Assembly (NCBI GenBank): GCA_937934275.1
Contig: CALHAM010000024.1
Span: forward strand, 1,018-65,017
DNA: 64,000 nucleotides
Direction of reading: 5' to 3'
DNA from: an uncultured Saprospiraceae bacterium
Lineage (GTDB): Bacteria > Bacteroidota > Bacteroidia > Chitinophagales > Saprospiraceae
In this document: positions 47,601 through 55,071 of the stretch, one piece after another
Layout of the letters: each line of letters starts with the position of its first letter
Position numbering within the stretch: position 1 is the stretch's first letter
Translations under genes and position numbers: made by a program
Notes under the pieces: model-generated
What the model saw: the letters and a program-made list of their open reading frames with translations, nothing else
Told to the model about the DNA's origin: nothing
Database searches by the model: none

Positions 47601-48913
47601 CGCAAAACACGGGAGCAAGCATCGGCAACGACAAAATCGGGCAGGTCCACCGCACCTGAGCAACCGGCATCCAGCAGTACAGCGCCAATAATGGGCGGGC
47701 AATGCACGGTTGGGCCTTGGTCGTCGGCCAGCTCCACCACCTGTTCGCCCACGACTGGTTCGGCGTTAGGATCCCCAGCCTGACAGGCATCGCGCACCGT
47801 CCACAGGCGCGTCAGCAGGCGGGAGCCACCACACAAGGGCTGTTCCGTGTCGGAGTATTCCACCTCCAGGTCGCACACGGCGTCTGGCCCTAACAGGTAG
47901 CGCCGCGCACCCACCTGAAAGTACGGCCAACCCACCGCATCGGGCTGCGACGACGCCCCGCAGGAAAGGGTAGTATCTTGAGGAAATTGCACCGCTTGCA
48001 GCGGACGCACGCGCTCGATGATTTGCACGCAAGTGCTGAAATTACCTCGTGCGTCGCTCACCGTCCAGAAACGGCGAATAACCCCGAAAACGCCGGCCGA
48101 GTCGCACGCATAGGTGGCGCTAACGTCGGTAAAGAGCATGCTCACGTTGCCTGGACAATTCTCCTGAACGTCTGGATAGCCGCCGGCAATGCCCAACGAG
48201 TCGCGCAAGAAGGTGGGCGTCAGGTGCTCAAGCGGCACCACGCAAGGCACTTGCAAGGCGGGGCACGCCAGCGCTGGCGGCAGGGTATCGCGCACGCCAT
48301 CCACCTCAATGAGGCACTCGCTGCCCACAAGGCTATCGCGCACCCCCATCCGAAACGCCTTGCCCAAGTCATCGAAGGTGAAAACAGCGGGAGTGCGCCT
48401 TGTCGGAGAGTCCAAGATAAACGTGCCCAGTTTGTCGGGGCAGGTGTAATAGCCCATGGCCAAGAGGTCTTCTGCATTTGGCGCAACGACGCACTGCGGG
48501 CCTAAATAGAGGGTTATCCCTTCCGGGCAGTGCATAGGCAACGTATCCGGTTGCACCTCTACGGTAAAGGCACAGCTTACGTCATTGCCCGAAGTATCGG
48601 AGGCAGAGAAGATGTTTTGCGTCAGCCCCAGAGGAAAAGTAGCACCTGAAGGCAGACCACTAACCAACACTGCGTCCAACGTATCGGGGCCGTCAAAGGC
48701 CAGCACTTCGTAGACGTACTCAACGCCGCAAGTACCTTTAGACAAATAAAGAATGGTATCTGGTGGGCATACAATCACCAGTCCTGTAGTGTCTGGCGAA
48801 GCCCATTGGGCACTCAGAGATATGGTGGTTTCGCAAGAGTGAGCACAAGCGACGGAAAAAGGGAAAGCGCTCATCACAACAGCCCAGAAATAGGCGGGTA
48901 TCCACAAATTCAT
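44657..48913 (-). CDS. Giant T9SS-secreted Cys-rich adhesin-like protein (HYR-like repeats, CarboxypepD_reg-like, dockerin-like EF-hand pair, cohesin-like module, Por_Secre_tail CTD)
   Basis: About 1418 aa from the ATG at 48913 (MNLWIPAYFWAVVMSAFPFSVACA). Repeated C-x-n-C HYR-like modules (CPPDTILYLSKGTCGVEYVYEVLAFDG). Dockerin-like TTLDLLLINRHILG...ADANGSRTVTTFDIVELRKLILGI. CTD is QPNPFGEETWVYVHL...RDAAGRLLW...GVLYF. Confidence 0.75.
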   Translation of the reverse strand: MNLWIPAYFWAVVMSAFPFSVACAHSCETTISLSAQWASPDTTGLVIVCPPDTILYLSKGTCGVEYVYEVLAFDGPDTLDAVLVSGLPSGATFPLGLTQNIFSASDTSGNDVSCAFTVEVQPDTLPMHCPEGITLYLGPQCVVAPNAEDLLAMGYYTCPDKLGTFILDSPTRRTPAVFTFDDLGKAFRMGVRDSLVGSECLIEVDGVRDTLPPALACPALQVPCVVPLEHLTPTFLRDSLGIAGGYPDVQENCPGNVSMLFTDVSATYACDSAGVFGVIRRFWTVSDARGNFSTCVQIIERVRPLQAVQFPQDTTLSCGASSQPDAVGWPYFQVGARRYLLGPDAVCDLEVEYSDTEQPLCGGSRLLTRLWTVRDACQAGDPNAEPVVGEQVVELADDQGPTVHCPPIIGAVLLDAGCSGAVDLPDFVVADACSRVLRAVLHWGIADSLEAELTDFAGNDTLRFDTLAVFGELSGLNSGILPMTLKVYDECDNAAECEFGLDVRDQQLPTALCDSLITVFLDDQGRGAAPADLFNNGSTDDCRPVRLKVRRAVPSECDTTSMWSDFIQVCCADLEADITAVLRVYDAAIPAGPVPDSVGGGNYSECQTRVQVVNNNPPRCQAPADVTTECATFDPTLEDYGEVTLSCGVDSVATALDTTDFRWACNSGVLLRMFQVWDRQGNSAHCTQRITSTADFGYYIRFPDDHIISDCSANPSDAPEILSSGCEDVVVELADERIESVSEACYLILRKWKVYNRCQHNPDQPLLEVPNPQPNSIALHPDNLPGPFVSSPNASPDSAATFVAINPGDFPTDYSIFWNPSGNGYTYEQRIWVQDTDDPLIDCPSDTAKFASVTTDDKDFWVFQNLDLCEADAVVSIAATDGCERSDVVVSYRLFLDLDGDQQVESVFPSAVQPPPGSLYYNNINTPGYTGGTLLEFDRRSVPAQSKYSFDLHRLAVGDTLRVQLVWRQSSDSVFVAPKLPRGIHRIEWTVEDRCGNRATCEQVIQVGASPYLCAPFETTIPGDIHTEHGEGVPNIIVELQGNSPLQGPIVAYDVTNPQGEFSFTIPFASTFVVQPLYNEDHAKGVTTLDLLLINRHILGLELLPTPYRIIAADANGSRTVTTFDIVELRKLILGIYTELPASPSWRFVPAAHAFQNPLNPFTPPFSEQISSLDSIPLSFIIVKVGDANASVKFNLHDHALHERQPLYLEVEDCRLQAGEEVTLTLRAERAVAGLQGTLECPGLEVLEVLPTRGFTPEHYAVLNSGQRLTFSWDAGGVPVLRLRARALRSGRLSQCLTLSDAVTSAEAYSPEEHRLLRPQLRFSPQLPAEAAAVPALSSQPNPFGEETWVYVHLPHEGCAVLCVRDAAGRLLWQKAGNFEAGLLAIRLDANDLGGARGVLYFSAETATGRAVHRLVRL

Positions 48914-49109
48914 AGAGAGCGTTTTTTTTATTGCGGTGAACAAGCAAAAGTGAACGGATTAAATAAGAAGCGCCCCTGTATCTGCGAAAACTGCGCCAAA
49001 AGGTCTATCCCAATCGTTTCAAGTTGCTGATTTTGTAGACCTGAGGCCCAGAATGCCGCTGTAAAAAACCATTTAGCGACTTTGCGTTTACCTCCGACCT
49101 TTGCCGCCG

Positions 49110-50327
49110 ATGAAGTTGTTTTTAAAACCCGGTAAAGAGGCTTCTGTGCGCCGTTTTCACCCCTGGATATTTTCTGGCGCGCTGCAAGACATACCGCCGG
49201 AAGCCGCCGATGGCGATATCGTTGAGGTTTTCGACAGCCGCGGCCGGCTGTTGGGCACGGGCCACTTTCATCGCGGCAATATCGCTATACGCTTGCTTAG
49301 TTTCGAGAGCGCCGACCTGAACGCACCTGCCTTTTGGGAGCAAAAGCTGCGCTCCGCCTTTGCCTTGCGCCAGCAGCTGGGCCTAACTCGGCAAGGCGCT
49401 TACCGCCTCGTGCATGGCGAAGGCGACGAGCTGTCGGGCCTGGTCGTAGACCTTTACGGTCGAGTAGCCGTAATGCAATGCCACAGCATCGGCATGCATC
49501 GCCAGCGCGAGCGCATCGCTCAGGCGCTGTGTCGCGTCGTAGAACCACCTTTGGAAGCCATCTACGACAAGAGCCGCGAAACACTGCCCGAAAACTACGC
49601 TCAGGGCGTCTCCAACGGCTACCTCGTCGGCAGCGCTTCCGGTAGCGCCATCGTCAGCGAAAACGGCGTGCATTTTCGCATCAACTGGGAAAGCGGCCAA
49701 AAAACAGGCTTTTTCTTAGACCAACGCGACAACCGCCAATTGCTGGCAAGCCTGTGTTCTCAAAAGCGCGTCCTCAATGCCTTTGCCTACACCGGCGGCT
49801 TCTCCTGCTACGCCCTCCGCGCTGGCGCAGCGCTCGTGCATTCGGTAGATATTTCTGCCAAAGCCGTAGCGCTGCTCGAGGAAAACGCAGCGCTCAATCG
49901 GCCCTTTGTGGGTGAGCACCAAGCCTTCACAGCAGATGCCTTAACCTTTTTGAAAAAAACAGCGCAGCAATACGATATTGTCGTTGTTGATCCGCCTGCT
50001 TTTGCTAAGAGTTTGAGCAAGCGCCACAACGCCGTGCAGGCCTACAAGCGGCTGAATGCCGCGGCTATGCAGCGTGTCGCTCCCGGCGGCTTGCTCTTCA
50101 CCTTCTCCTGCTCGCAAGTGGTCGGCCGTGAACTTTTTGAACACACAGTAGCCGCTGCTGCCCTGGAAGTGGGCCGCCCAACGCGCGTGCTCTACCGTCT
50201 TTCGCAAGGCGCCGACCACCCGACGAACCTTTACCACCCAGAAGGTGCTTACCTTAAAGGATTGGTGCTGCAATTGGGGGGCGCCGACGAGGCCTATAGA
50301 AGGCGCAACGCGGGGCCGCCCTCATAA
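49110..50327 (+). CDS. rlmI: Class I SAM-dependent 23S rRNA (cytosine-C5) methyltransferase, RlmI-like (PUA plus MTase)
   Basis: ATG at 49110 (MKLFLKPGKEASVRRFHPWIFSGA); the track start at 49101 is a TTG. Motifs QKTGFFLDQRDNR and VVDPPAF. Confidence 0.8.
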   Translation: MKLFLKPGKEASVRRFHPWIFSGALQDIPPEAADGDIVEVFDSRGRLLGTGHFHRGNIAIRLLSFESADLNAPAFWEQKLRSAFALRQQLGLTRQGAYRLVHGEGDELSGLVVDLYGRVAVMQCHSIGMHRQRERIAQALCRVVEPPLEAIYDKSRETLPENYAQGVSNGYLVGSASGSAIVSENGVHFRINWESGQKTGFFLDQRDNRQLLASLCSQKRVLNAFAYTGGFSCYALRAGAALVHSVDISAKAVALLEENAALNRPFVGEHQAFTADALTFLKKTAQQYDIVVVDPPAFAKSLSKRHNAVQAYKRLNAAAMQRVAPGGLLFTFSCSQVVGRELFEHTVAAAALEVGRPTRVLYRLSQGADHPTNLYHPEGAYLKGLVLQLGGADEAYRRRNAGPPS

Positions 50328-51245
50328 GCGCTCGCGCAGCTGTTGGGCTTTGGCGTGAAAGAGGTGCTCGGGTTGGCGCAAGATAACGTCGAGAGCGGAG
50401 TCTAAAGCGCTTTGTCGCTGGGGCATTTGCTTGAGGATGGCCAGTACGACGCCCCACTCGGCGCGCTGAGCGTAAGGCTGGACGCGGCTGACGGCTACGC
50501 GTCGGAAGGCCATCTCGGCATCGGCATACTGGCCGTTTTTGTAGTAAGCCACGGCTAAGAGTTCCTGTTGCTGCACCTCGTCGGCTGTGGGTGCGGGTGC
50601 CAACTCGGGTTTGAGCGCGTTGGTAATGTCTTGGTAGCGGCCTTCCTGCAAGTTTTTGAGGGCATCCAAATAGGTTTTCGAGCCGCCTTTCGCGCCGCGG
50701 GGGGGCAAAAAATCGCGCTCGGCGAAGAAGGCATCAGCCACAGCGGCGTAGTCTACGGCAGGGCCATCGGGCTGCATTTCCTCGATGGGCGCTGGGGGCA
50801 GTGAAGTTTGGGCCATGTCGCTTTCGCCCGCTTTGTTCGGCTGTTTCGCGGGCTGGCGCCACGCCGGCGATTGCTTTTTAGGTTTGGGGGTCGTATGCAC
50901 GATATCGGGCTGGGCGGGCGCATCGCTCAGGCGGTCGCGCAGCAGCCAGTAGCCCACGGCAAGCGCGGCAACGACAGCTGCAGCGCGCAAGGCCCAGTTT
51001 AAGGGGTAAATGCGGGCGCGCTTGGGCTGCAGTTGCTGAAAGAGCTCTGTTTCGCGGTCCCAAGCGTTCATCTTGGCGCGCAGGTCCTGTTCGACGAGCA
51101 TTTCCAAGCCGATGCGCTCGATGCGGTGTTGGTGCACCAAGGCGTCGAGTTCGGCATCGCGAGCCATTTCAGCTTCGAAAGCCTGGCGCTCGGCAGGCGG
51201 CATTTTGCCGCTGACATATTGTTCTATTTGTTCGAAGCGAAACAC
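50322..51245 (-). CDS. Putative anti-sigma factor (single TM, Pro-rich linker, TPR-like C-terminal domain)
   Basis: 307 aa with a GTG start, 36 nt downstream of the ECF sigma gene. N-terminal IEQYVSGKMPPAERQAFEAEMARDAELDALV resembles anti-sigma N-domains. TM helix is AAAVVAALAVGYWLL. Confidence 0.5.
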   Translation of the reverse strand: MFRFEQIEQYVSGKMPPAERQAFEAEMARDAELDALVHQHRIERIGLEMLVEQDLRAKMNAWDRETELFQQLQPKRARIYPLNWALRAAAVVAALAVGYWLLRDRLSDAPAQPDIVHTTPKPKKQSPAWRQPAKQPNKAGESDMAQTSLPPAPIEEMQPDGPAVDYAAVADAFFAERDFLPPRGAKGGSKTYLDALKNLQEGRYQDITNALKPELAPAPTADEVQQQELLAVAYYKNGQYADAEMAFRRVAVSRVQPYAQRAEWGVVLAILKQMPQRQSALDSALDVILRQPEHLFHAKAQQLRERL

Positions 51246-51281
51246 GGCGAGAAGGTTTTAGCAGTGGTAGAAGTTAGGGTA

Positions 51282-51878
51282 TTAGGAGCGGCGATTTTCC
51301 AAGAGAACGGCAAAGGCCGGGTTGTTTTGCAGCAATTCGCGAAAGCGCATGCGGCAGCGGTAGGCTTCTTTTTTGGCCACATCGGCGCTGTTGTAATGCA
51401 TAATTTGAGCGATTTCTTCCATAGAATAGTCCAACTGATACATGCGCAGCAATTCGCGGCAGCGCTCGCCAATTTGTCCTAAGGCCTCCTGAAACAATTC
51501 GCGGTATTCAGTTCGGATGGTTTCAGCCTCTGGGCTTTCCACCTGGGTATCGTAGTGGCTGGGCGACAGGTCGGTGTAGCGGTGGTGTTGGCGGCGCACC
51601 GTAACCCAGCGCCATTTTGCTATAGCGACAAAGTAGGTGGTCAGCGCACTGCGGGCTTCGTAGCGCCCTTCGCGGACGTTGCGGTCGAGGATAAGGAGGG
51701 CTTCCTGAAAAATATCCTTGGCATCCTGTTGAGAGCCGCCGTTTGCCATAACGTGTCGAATGACCGTTTCGCGCAAGCCCGGCATCAGGTACAGGCGCTT
51801 GAGCGCTTCTTCGCGCGCAGAGCCGCCCGCTCGAATGCCTGATACGAGGGCTTCATCGCTCCAATCGGTGTTTGCCAT
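51282..51878 (-). CDS. RNA polymerase ECF-type sigma-70 family factor
   Basis: 198 aa. Region 2 (DAKDIFQEALLILDRNVREGRYE...LTTYFVAIAKWRW) and region 4 HTH (YQLDYSMEEIAQIMHYNSADVAKKEAYRCRMRF). Confidence 0.8.
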   Translation of the reverse strand: MANTDWSDEALVSGIRAGGSAREEALKRLYLMPGLRETVIRHVMANGGSQQDAKDIFQEALLILDRNVREGRYEARSALTTYFVAIAKWRWVTVRRQHHRYTDLSPSHYDTQVESPEAETIRTEYRELFQEALGQIGERCRELLRMYQLDYSMEEIAQIMHYNSADVAKKEAYRCRMRFRELLQNNPAFAVLLENRRS

Positions 51879-52107
51879 ATTGATGCTGTTCGCGTGGTGA
51901 GGGTAACCTGTTGTGGATTAAAAAATGCGCACAAAAGTAACGCACTTAGCGCCAGCGGCGGTGTTGCCCTTAGGGCCAAACTTGGGTCAGGTAGCGAGGT
52001 GTGTTACCATTTTCTTAAAAAATTGGCTTCCGTGGTTACCCACCAGCAGGAGGCGGCATTAAGCAGCAAACACATTCTTCATCGCAAATCAAAAAGCAGA
52101 TTTTGTC

Positions 52108-52836
52108 ATGAAAAACCGCGTATTGTTTCTGCTCGCTTTTGTTCTGGTTTCCGCAAATGTCGCCTTAGCTCAGTTGAGCGGCATAGGTTTCCGCCCGATG
52201 GCAACGTTTTCCACCTATAAGCTCTCTCAAGACCTCAACGACAACTACGACAGTTACCTGCGTTTGGGCGGAGGGGGCGCGCTGTTTGCCGAATTCAACT
52301 TGGGCAGCCGCTTCACCTTTCAGCCCGAAGTGGTCTACGTGCAGCGCGGAGCCAACATCAAGAGTGAAAGCCGCTTGTACTGGGACGGTCATCACTTCGG
52401 CTACCCGCGCGATTATCGAGTAAACGAAATCCGCCAGCAAGAGACGCTGCACTACATCGACATTCCGCTAATGTTCGAAAAGAACTTTGGCGGCGGAAAT
52501 GTGGGTGCCTACGTAGCCTTTGGCCCTGCCCTTTCTATCGCCATAGCTAATGGCTTAGGCCGTGAAGAGCTGTATGTATCGCACCTGAACTCGGAAGGCA
52601 CACCGACGTCGTTCACCGATCGCCAAGAATATATCATTGAGATGGGCAAGGGCCGCAACGATGACTACCGCAAGGGCGACTTCAGCGTCAACTTCGGCAC
52701 CGGTCTCGTGCTCATCTTAGACAAAGGCGAAATCGGCCTCGACGTACGCTACTCGCACGGCCTTCGCAACATCGACATCAGCGGCATCAAAAACCGCACG
52801 CTCCAGGTAGGCCTGTCCTACATGTACTACTTCTAA
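52108..52836 (+). CDS. Small outer-membrane beta-barrel protein (PorT/OMP_b-brl_2-like)
   Basis: 242 aa with signal peptide MKNRVLFLLAFVLVSANVALAQ. Alternating beta-strand pattern and the terminal motif LQVGLSYMYYF (aromatic C-terminus). Confidence 0.65.
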   Translation: MKNRVLFLLAFVLVSANVALAQLSGIGFRPMATFSTYKLSQDLNDNYDSYLRLGGGGALFAEFNLGSRFTFQPEVVYVQRGANIKSESRLYWDGHHFGYPRDYRVNEIRQQETLHYIDIPLMFEKNFGGGNVGAYVAFGPALSIAIANGLGREELYVSHLNSEGTPTSFTDRQEYIIEMGKGRNDDYRKGDFSVNFGTGLVLILDKGEIGLDVRYSHGLRNIDISGIKNRTLQVGLSYMYYF

Positions 52837-52916
52837 TCGCCCCCCGGCGTTCGCGCAGGCGCGCGGCTTATGTTCTCACTACCAGGCTCTTATCGTCAAA
52901 AATCACCCTTTGCGCT

Positions 52917-53180
52917 ATGTGCTGTCCCAATTGCGGCCATGCCGCTCAAGTCAATCAGACGCGCTGTCGCCAGTGCAACTACAAGTTGCCGCAAGCAGAA
53001 ATACCCGGCGCTGCTCCCGTCGCAGAAGTCGTCGCCTGTTGGAACTGCGCCGCACAAAACCCCGCTCATCACAGCCGCTGCGCCTGCTGCAACGCTCGCT
53101 TAGAAGATGCCCCGACCCAACGCCGCACTCATTCGCTCACCCTAAATGCTTACCGCCATGGCCAACCACAAGAGCGTTAA
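52917..53180 (+). CDS. Small double-zinc-ribbon protein
   Basis: 87 aa. Two CxxC-x10-CxxC units (CPNCGHAAQVNQTRCRQC and CWNCAAQNPAHHSRCACC). This frame is the only one of three overlapping ORFs with a structured Cys pattern. Confidence 0.6.
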   Translation: MCCPNCGHAAQVNQTRCRQCNYKLPQAEIPGAAPVAEVVACWNCAAQNPAHHSRCACCNARLEDAPTQRRTHSLTLNAYRHGQPQER

Positions 53181-54051
53181 CCCGATGTTCCTCTCCGCCT
53201 TAGACATCCTGACGGGCGCACTGGGCGTGTTCATCGTGCTCAACTTCCTCAACACGCGCATGATGGGTACAGGCCCTCACACACCCACCGCGCCAGCTGT
53301 TCAGCCAACGGAAGAGAAAAAGCAAAAAGAATCGTTGCACGCCTACAAGCCGAAACCACAAGCCCATTCAGAGAGAAATCGGCCGCCTATGCCGACGCAA
53401 AAGCCTACGACCACTGTAGCGGAAAAACCACAGCCCAAGCCAGAGACCACCGCACCCGAACCTAAGCCCGAAGCGGCAGAGCCAATGCCGCCAACCCTAC
53501 CTCAAGACCCCGTGGCCGTAGACTTGATGAAGCAAACTAAGGGCGATGTTACCCTCCTGCTCCAGCAAGAAGGCATGGCCAAGCAAAGCGTCGAGTTTAT
53601 GCTCAAGCAGGGCAGTCAGGTGTGGAAACCCGGCCGGGCCGGCAAATACCAAACCGACGACTTTCAGTACGAAAAAAGCCTGAACTACTTCTACCAAGCC
53701 CGCATCAAGCCCGGCAATTACGAAGTGTGGGTGCGCGTCAAGAAACGCACCAACGCCTCCGGGCAGCAGCCCTTTGCGCTCTACGGAAAGATCGTGCAGC
53801 CCGGCTACCGCAGCATTACACACAACTTCGGCACCTTCGCCACCTCTAGCTCCGATTGGGTGCTCGCCGGTACGCTGACCATCTTAAACCACGCCCTGAA
53901 CTATCAGTCGGCTCTTCCGCCCGCCACTGCCGTAGGGCCGACTAACAACGATGCTGCGCCCACGGCTCCTACCGCGCCGGCTCCTGCAACACCCACCCCA
54001 GTTAACTCGCCAACCCCTGAACCCAAACGCAGTGGCAAGTGGGGGCGCTAA
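53158..54051 (+). CDS. Single-pass membrane protein with Asp-bearing TM helix, Pro-rich spacer and beta-rich C-terminal domain (ExbD/TonB-hybrid-like)
   Basis: ATG at 53158 (MANHKSVNPMFLSALDILTGALGVFIVLNFLN); alternative starts are 53146 and 53185. A P/T/K/E-rich spacer of about 75 aa, a globular beta-rich region of about 170 aa, and a P/T/A-rich tail. Overlaps the zinc-ribbon ORF by 23 nt. Confidence 0.6.
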   Translation: MANHKSVNPMFLSALDILTGALGVFIVLNFLNTRMMGTGPHTPTAPAVQPTEEKKQKESLHAYKPKPQAHSERNRPPMPTQKPTTTVAEKPQPKPETTAPEPKPEAAEPMPPTLPQDPVAVDLMKQTKGDVTLLLQQEGMAKQSVEFMLKQGSQVWKPGRAGKYQTDDFQYEKSLNYFYQARIKPGNYEVWVRVKKRTNASGQQPFALYGKIVQPGYRSITHNFGTFATSSSDWVLAGTLTILNHALNYQSALPPATAVGPTNNDAAPTAPTAPAPATPTPVNSPTPEPKRSGKWGR

Positions 54052-54105
54052 AAGTGCTCTCCTCTCTCTTCCCTTCATTCGAACATTCAAAAGCACGCTA
54101 TCGCC

Positions 54106-54924
54106 ATGTTTGCTCAAAAAAATAGCCACCTCGCCTACAGCCTCGGCCTGACAGCCATCGCCTTGACCATCGTCGTCACCGGTTATCAAATGTCACCCGC
54201 CGGCTCCTTTGCCGAAACGTTCTTCTTCGCCCTGGGCGGCAAAATGCCCGAAGGCCTCATCCAAGGCGCTATCTACTTCTGCTTCTTCACAGCGCTATTC
54301 GGCATCAATGCCCTCAATACCCGGCTGAGCCGCGAGCAGTACGCCTTTAAGGCACGGTTACTGCCCGAAACAGAGCAGTATGTGCTGTACCCCGAAGACG
54401 TCAACCAAATCAAATTGAACACCATAGAAGTGGAGCGCCATCTCGGCCAGGGCATTGTTACCGACCTCATCAAACAGGCTGCCACCAAATTTCGCTCCAG
54501 CCACTCACCCGCCGAAACGCTGGCCATGGTCGAAACGGTGAGCGACATGCACCGCAAATCGCTGGAACGCGAACTGTGGTTGGTCAACACCTGCCAAACC
54601 CTCATCCCCGCCTTCGGATTCTTAGGCACGGTGCTGGGCATGGCTGCCGCCATCCTGAACATGGGAAAGGTGCAGCCCACGGCTCAAGCCGCGCAACTCA
54701 ACGGTACCGTTGCTGCCGCTGTGCCGCAGGCTACTCTTAGTGCAGCCGACATCTCGACGCTTATCGATAGCCTCGGCACAGCCTTTTTCACAACTATCCT
54801 GGCCATTGTCTTGGGCATCGTCGCAAGCGTCGCTATCAAGCGCTTAGAAACACGCGTCGAAGACTTCCTGACCGGCAGCAAGCGCTACGTTGTGGAAAAC
54901 TTAGTGAACCGCATTCATTTGTGA
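54106..54924 (+). CDS. Divergent MotA/TolQ/ExbB-family proton-channel protein
   Basis: 272 aa. Two N-terminal TM helices and a cytoplasmic domain of about 95 aa. The hallmark hairpin is LIPAFGFLGTVLGMAAAI ... LGTAFFTTILAIVLGIVASVAIKR. The inter-helix loop is longer than in the canonical ExbB at 16810. Confidence 0.7.
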   Translation: MFAQKNSHLAYSLGLTAIALTIVVTGYQMSPAGSFAETFFFALGGKMPEGLIQGAIYFCFFTALFGINALNTRLSREQYAFKARLLPETEQYVLYPEDVNQIKLNTIEVERHLGQGIVTDLIKQAATKFRSSHSPAETLAMVETVSDMHRKSLERELWLVNTCQTLIPAFGFLGTVLGMAAAILNMGKVQPTAQAAQLNGTVAAAVPQATLSAADISTLIDSLGTAFFTTILAIVLGIVASVAIKRLETRVEDFLTGSKRYVVENLVNRIHL

Positions 54925-54947
54925 TCGTGTATTGCCTGACCCATCCA

Positions 54948-54982
54948 CGGCGTCCTCCGCAAGGAGCGACGCCGTTTTTTTT
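54948..54982 (+). terminator. Rho-independent terminator after the MotA/ExbB-like gene
   Basis: 12-bp GC-rich stem (CGGCGTCCTCC / GGAGcGACGCCG with one bulged C), a GCAA tetraloop, then T8 (54975-54982). It starts 24 nt after the stop codon. Confidence 0.8.
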
Positions 54983-55042
54983 CTAAAACTCTCCGTTTTT
55001 TCTGCTGTGGAAAGATGACAGCAACTTTAAAATAAAATGTTT

Positions 55043-55050
55043 TAAATTTG
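55043..55050 (+). promoter_or_regulatory. Candidate -7 promoter element (TAnnTTTG) for the zinc-ribbon/PH-like gene
   Basis: TAAATTTG, 21 nt upstream of the ATG at 55072. Confidence 0.4.
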
Positions 55051-55071
55051 CTGCTGCAAAGACGGCTATCC

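Noticed and set aside
48922-48929. T8 (A8 on the coding strand) a few nt upstream of the adhesin start codon, considered as a phase-variation tract
   Set aside because: A-rich leaders directly upstream of start codons are the norm in Bacteroidota, which largely lack Shine-Dalgarno sites. An 8-nt run is short for slipped-strand switching and lies outside the ORF.
51915-52045. Inverted 8-mers GGGTAACC / GGTTACCC in the sigma-OMP intergenic region
   Set aside because: Only 8 bp match and the arms are more than 100 nt apart. That is too short to distinguish from chance by eye. It is mentioned only as a place to look for an ECF promoter.
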